Shown: piece by piece, positions 58,577 through 64,000 of the stretch
Layout: each line of letters begins with the position of its first letter
Position numbering within the stretch: the stretch's first letter is position 1
Notes under the pieces: generated by a model
Database searches by the model: none
Told to the model about the DNA's origin: nothing
What the model saw: the letters and a program-made list of their open reading frames with translations, nothing else
Made by a program: the position numbers and the translations under genes
Source: Macrostomum lignano
Lineage: Eukaryota
Direction: 5' to 3'
Assembly (NCBI GenBank): GCA_002269645.1
Contig: NIVC01003569.1
Coordinates: 26,822 to 90,821, forward strand
Length of the DNA stretch: 64,000 nt

Positions 58577-61500
58577 GACGACTCACCGGACCAGTTCTAT
58601 AACGTATGATGAAGTAAACATCATACGTTATAGAACTTTCGCAAAGGTCACTACAGTAGTATCAACAAGTTTTATTCTACATTTAAATTCATTTCTTATC
58701 TTGCTTTATTGTCGAACTACTTTCGGTACGTCATTTTCATTTACCTAGTTGGTGCACTTACAGAAAACATAGAAACATTAAATGCCGTTTCTTGTCCTCA
58801 ATAAACGTTGGAAAAAGTGAGCAGCAGACTAGTTGCAGAATTTTATAGCCGGACATGGCATATTTGACAATTTGCAGCTGCTCTGGCTTGTTTACTGCCT
58901 TTTCATAAATCAACAGCAATGGTGAAAGTGAATCTAATCCTTCTCTCTCTCTCTCTCTCTTCTCTCTCCCATAATGTTAATGTTTGATTTGTTGTTAATA
59001 TGGACTTTTAAAATCCCCCGTGTCTTAAATAAAAAAACGAATAATTTTTTAAGTTATGATTTCCATCAAAATGCAATTAATTAATGTTTTAAAAACATTT
59101 AAACTCAATAAATTATTTATTCTCTTATCAAATAGAATCCAACTCTAGAATATTTTTCAAGGAAGGAATACTAACTATCCTTAATATTCAATATGCATGA
59201 TAATAAAGCAGTGCATTACTTTTTCAATTTAGAGAATCTAACAAGGAAATAAATATAATTTAGTACAGTACCATTGTAAGCAAAAAACCATAAGCTTACA
59301 GGTACAATTTTTTGTAAAGATAGATACAGCGGAAAATTAAAATTTGACAAAAGAATACCACAAACACTAAAAATGGGGAGAAAAAGTATAACAAACATTG
59401 GCATTAATAAAAAAGTAATAAATATTGCAGTTGAGCAAATGAAATTAGCAATTAAACAATGCAATGAGTTAAATGATAAATAACAAAGAAATGCTAAATA
59501 ACATCTAGCAATGTATATTAAAGCAATTGAAGTGCACTCTGAGTTGAAAGGCTTACAACTCATAAAGTACAGTTTAAATGCAATGTAACTTTTTATTTAT
59601 TTGTAACTTTATAACAATAGAAATCATTACCATAAGCAATTGTATGAAAAGTTGCTATTAATAGTCTTATGTACTTTATCTCTACTCTAAGAGCTAACTT
59701 TCTATAAATATATATGATTCCTTGTATAAAATTAGGGATTCTTTAAAAAATTCATGCTGCAATATGCATATATCACACTCTTGACCCAAGAAAATTATTG
59801 AAAGTGGTCAACCAATTAGCACAAAAAAATTATAGACAGGGCTGTAATGGTGCAAGTGGTGTTTCGGCACACCACTTAAATTTAAATTTAAATTTTTGGA
59901 GCAGTTACACTAAAGAAAATTATTATTTTATAAAATTAAGAGAGGCTAATAAAATTAGTAGGGCTTGAATTGAATAATATGCTGTGAAGACTCAAACTTG
60001 TAAGCCAAGAAGGCTAGAATTAGGGTTAGCAATTAGGCAATTAGGCAAACTATAGACATTAAGGAATGTGTAGGTATTAAATAAATAAATCATGCAGGTG
60101 CTAATAGTAGCTTAAAACCTATCACTTGGTCCCTTAGAATGCCATAATTCTGGACATTAGAATTAAAAAATAGTGTTTTACTGATTGGAAACTTGTTCTT
60201 ATTGGAAAACTTCTCATAAATATAGAAATATTACTATAAACAATACTAATAAATTTGCCTATTAAAACTTTGTGGCATTTGTAGGATTTTAGAAGAAGGA
60301 AGTATACCCTGCAACATATGTGCAGAATATTTATGTGCTAAAGGATTTTGTCTGAAATAAATGACAATAATTGTTATGTGAAGATGGTTTATATGTTGTT
60401 TATTCAAAGCATCACATACAACTTTTCAGTAAAAAGACTTCTTGGTCTGTAAGGTAGATTTTTTACTTATATGCTTGCATTTTTTAACTCATAATTTAAA
60501 TGATTAGCACAATTTCTTAAATATCAAGACTTGGCAAATTATTCATAATAATAAAGGTTTTCTTAAAAGGATTGTATATAAAGAAGAGACTGTAATTTGA
60601 ACTTTCACTGAGTAGCTATTCCTTTTTTGTTGGTTGAAATCATACAAAAAGTAATTAAACTAATAAAAGAAGAAGCTTGGAAATTATTAATTTAATCATC
60701 ATCTTACAAAGTAAAAAAAACTTTTTGGGTGCAATTTTTTCATCAAATAATCTGCCAATGTATTAACTTTTTTAATATAGAAATACTTGCTTGCAAATTT
60801 GAAATATCCAAAGTTCGTTCTTCATGAAGTAATCCTAACAAAATAAGTTGTGGTTTTTTTATAAAAGCAGAATGCTTCATCATTTTATGGAAAATTGAGT
60901 TCTGACTATTAGTTTGATCATTTCATATATCAGGCATATTTAGCATTAAATCGGTACGCCTGTAGTACAGAACCTTCGGGTAGTAAAATCACAGTGTAAT
61001 AGCATTGCAAGCTGCAGTTTTTGCATGTGCGATTATTTTAAAAAATCGAATGCCAAATTCAGGACATGTACAAAAAACGATAATACAAAGAATATTTAAC
61101 AAATCATCTATCACGAAAGCAAGGATGTCATTTCTATTATTATCAATTTTTTAAAATTATTTAAAAGTAACTCCGCAGGTTTATTCTGCATTTTCATAAC
61201 TAATTTTGTTATAAAAAAGGGTGTCCAATGTATCCAATGTGCCAGCTTTTATACACACCCGTTAAATGGGTTAAATTAAATTATTTTGACATAAAATTTG
61301 AAACAAACAAACAAAAGCAAGTTTATTAAAGATTTAAAATGAGTCTTAGGTCTTAAAGGGAGTATTACACCACATTGTAATATGTCAACCAGTACAGAAA
61401 GTTGCTAAAGCTCTCTTTTTGGATAGAGTTAGTGCCAGAAAAACTCGCCGAGGTGGAAACCCGTCAAAAGGGTGATTCTCATCGAGAGGTTTCGGAGGTT

Positions 61501-64000
61501 TTGAGGTTTTTCAGAGGTTTCATTTCAAACAAATATTTTCGCGCAAAATTTTTAATTCTGCACAAAATTTGAAAGGTTACTAAAATTTAGTAATGAATAC
61601 AATTTTTCTTTAGAAAATAGCTCGAAGGTTTCGGATTCTTTTCAATTTTGCTTGTGATAGGTACGCGCGGAAATTATTTAACTATTTTTATACAGTGTTT
61701 TTAAAAATACACTACACACGACACTGTTAATGTCCTCGTTCCCATTGGCTTTCGCCATTCACTATTTAATGTGCATGAATAAAATAAAAAACTTAGACAA
61801 AGGCGCTGCTTGAAATCTCATAAAACATAGACAGCTGTTTCACCCATTTTTCCGTTTTTACTTTTGAATGCTGCCATTTTGTATTCGAATTATGTTATGA
61901 CATTGACGTACTGCATGCATACTACACACATAAGTAAATAGCAGCAGTATTGCTGTCTCAATGTTTTTTTATAAATATCTAAGTGCCTGGAATTACAAAT
62001 ATGCTTCTTCTAGCAAAGCATTTTACTTTTAATGATAAAATTTATTTTAATTACTAAAAACTGTTAGATTTTCTCTTATAAATAACACTAGTTACCTTGC
62101 ACAACTGTTCCTGCTGACCAAAGCGCTAACACTTTAAAATTAGTTCTTTTACAAACAAAATGTTTGCAGTAAGACTTTGTATTTTGTACATGCATTGCAC
62201 CACCTTTGTTCGATGCTAATCTATTTTGAGCAATAAGCTAGATAGCTGATACCAGTAGTTTTATTAGAGTTAAAACTAAAAAGTCATCAGACATAGTTTT
62301 TGGCATTATTTATTCGAAAATAATATAATAATATAATATAATTTAATATAATATAATATAATTTCTTAAATTTTTAATGTGTTTTCTTCTTTAAAGATTG
62401 CAAGAGCAAATGCACAGGAAAATCATTGTTTATTAACATTTAAAATTGTTTATGAAAAGTTATAGATGAAAGTATTCAATACCTTTTATTTCAACATGAT
62501 TTGTTTCTGCTGCCAGCACCAAAGCCTAAACTACTACTTGCCTGGTCTCCTGCCTGCATTCTGAGCCTATTTACTAAGCTGTGTACAGGCCAACAATGCT
62601 TCATGTTTGTCTAACCTAATAACAGGCATTATGGCATTCCATGTCCTATACCCACTTGTCGCAACTCGGTGCACCTAGCTCGCCACCCTTAGAGTTGTGG
62701 CAGACTGGTTGCTTTTGAGGTGGCAATTGGTTTGGTTATCAGCATACAGAAGATGGCTGTGCTAACCACAGCCTAGAGGCTAATCTACTGCGAACTGCCT
62801 TCAAGATGAGTGACCGAAGTTCTTCAACTGCTTGCTGGCCAACACAGGTGCTCCAGCCTTTGTTTTTGCAGGCATCGTCTTTCATATGCATTAACTCCCA
62901 AATTTAAGAACTTCACTTTCATCTGAGTAAATAAAAAGACAAGTCTTATATTCTCTCATGTACAGATTGGAAATGTGAACTTTTAAAGTGTTTTGATTTG
63001 TGTTTTGTGTTTTGATTAGTGTATAGTGTATTTATGCAATGTAACAGCAATGTATGGATAAATTTTGTATACATACTGATATTTAAAATAGAAAATGCTC
63101 CTTTGTTTTTGAAATGCATTCTTGTAATGTTCAATGTTTTAAAAAATGTAAGGCCTGAAAAAATAAGGCAAGGCCAAATTGGCAACCACCATGATGCTCA
63201 TCAGCTTGGATCAAGCTTGCGCAGTTGGCCTACGCTGACTGACATTTGGATTATCTATCAGACTCAGAGTCTCGCCGCACTAAACCCTTCAAAAAACGTT
63301 AGCCAGCCTTTTTGAGATGCAGCATAGCATTCCAGGTTCAATGGGCATGTCTATGAAAATTGCATCATAAATTGTCAAGACCACCAAGGTGAGACCTCAA
63401 TATTAGGCTGAGGAACATGGGCGATGCTTCTCAGTGCGCGATTTCCGTTAAGGTCAGCAAAGTGCAATCGGGCAGCCGCATTATGTCAGTTGTAGTGAGT
63501 TCCATTTGGATGAGTAACACTTAGCTGTTGCTGCTGCTGCTGGACAAAAATGATTGGCGCGAGTTCTCTTGGCACAATTCCCGCAGGGCAATCAGGTGGG
63601 CTCCAAATTCCTCTCCAAGCTTGGCACCAGCATGCCTGACATTGCTTTTCATGGCCTCCAATTGAGACTATCGAAACAGTTGATGCTGGAAGCCCAAAAA
63701 TTCGACAATGGGACTTGGGTGCTGCAATGATGAGCAACAATGCTGAAGTTGAGCCGCATCAAAATGTCCTGTAGTTATGGGTAATAGTGAAATGAGGAAT
63801 TTTATCTGTCTAATCATTGGAATGAACTTCCCTGAAAGGTCATGCTATAACTTTTGCTGAAAATTGCGCCATTAGGAATTTAGGGACACTAGCCATGTAA
63901 CATGTAAGAATGTCATCACTTGCCTCAACCATTGGCTACCCTTGATCCTCACATATTGGAAAGATAGCATTATTTAGAAAATTTACTCACTTGGTGCAGT

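Larger units (their letters stand above)
50871..58655 (-). mobile_element. Gypsy LTR retrotransposon, decayed and interrupted by a ~3 kb insertion
   Basis: 3' LTR 50871-51262 (TGTAGTGAC..GTCGCTACA on minus), collapsed 5' LTR 58595-58655, PBS TGGTCCGG ending ~58594, 4-bp TSD GTAG (50867-50870 and 58656-58659). The integrase tail is split at GCACT (51332-51336 and 54351-54355). Confidence 0.85.

Noticed and set aside
62700-63900. Higher-GC patches that might be decayed exons or a LINE RT (ELAPIIF)
   Set aside because: Frames contain stops and the expected downstream RT motifs are absent; no family could be supported.

Overview
This is the left end of an animal (probably invertebrate) chromosome; the species cannot be told from the sequence. 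It opens with about 6.7 kb of (CCCTAA)n telomere. The short subtelomere holds a minimal Penelope-type hammerhead ribozyme in a unit that ends in short telomeric repeats and is present twice. Two host genes follow: an ankyrin-repeat protein with a possible C-terminal death fold, and an ATP11-like P4-ATPase flippase. The rest is about 40 kb of nested mobile elements: a P/THAP transposon interrupted by a young Gypsy element, further Gypsy remnants, a solo LTR, a hAT-type MITE, DINE/HINE-like repeats, a Polinton-like fragment with a decayed penton gene, and a long foldback element. The main find is a 9.0 kb Polinton-like element (39892-48877) with exact boundaries, ~1.3 kb TIRs, ACTACT termini and a 6-bp TSD. 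It encodes only a five-intron protein-primed DNA polymerase B and a divergent tandem-PC4-like ssDNA-binding protein, with no integrase, capsid, ATPase or separate protease. All calls are from reading the sequence by eye; no database searches were run.
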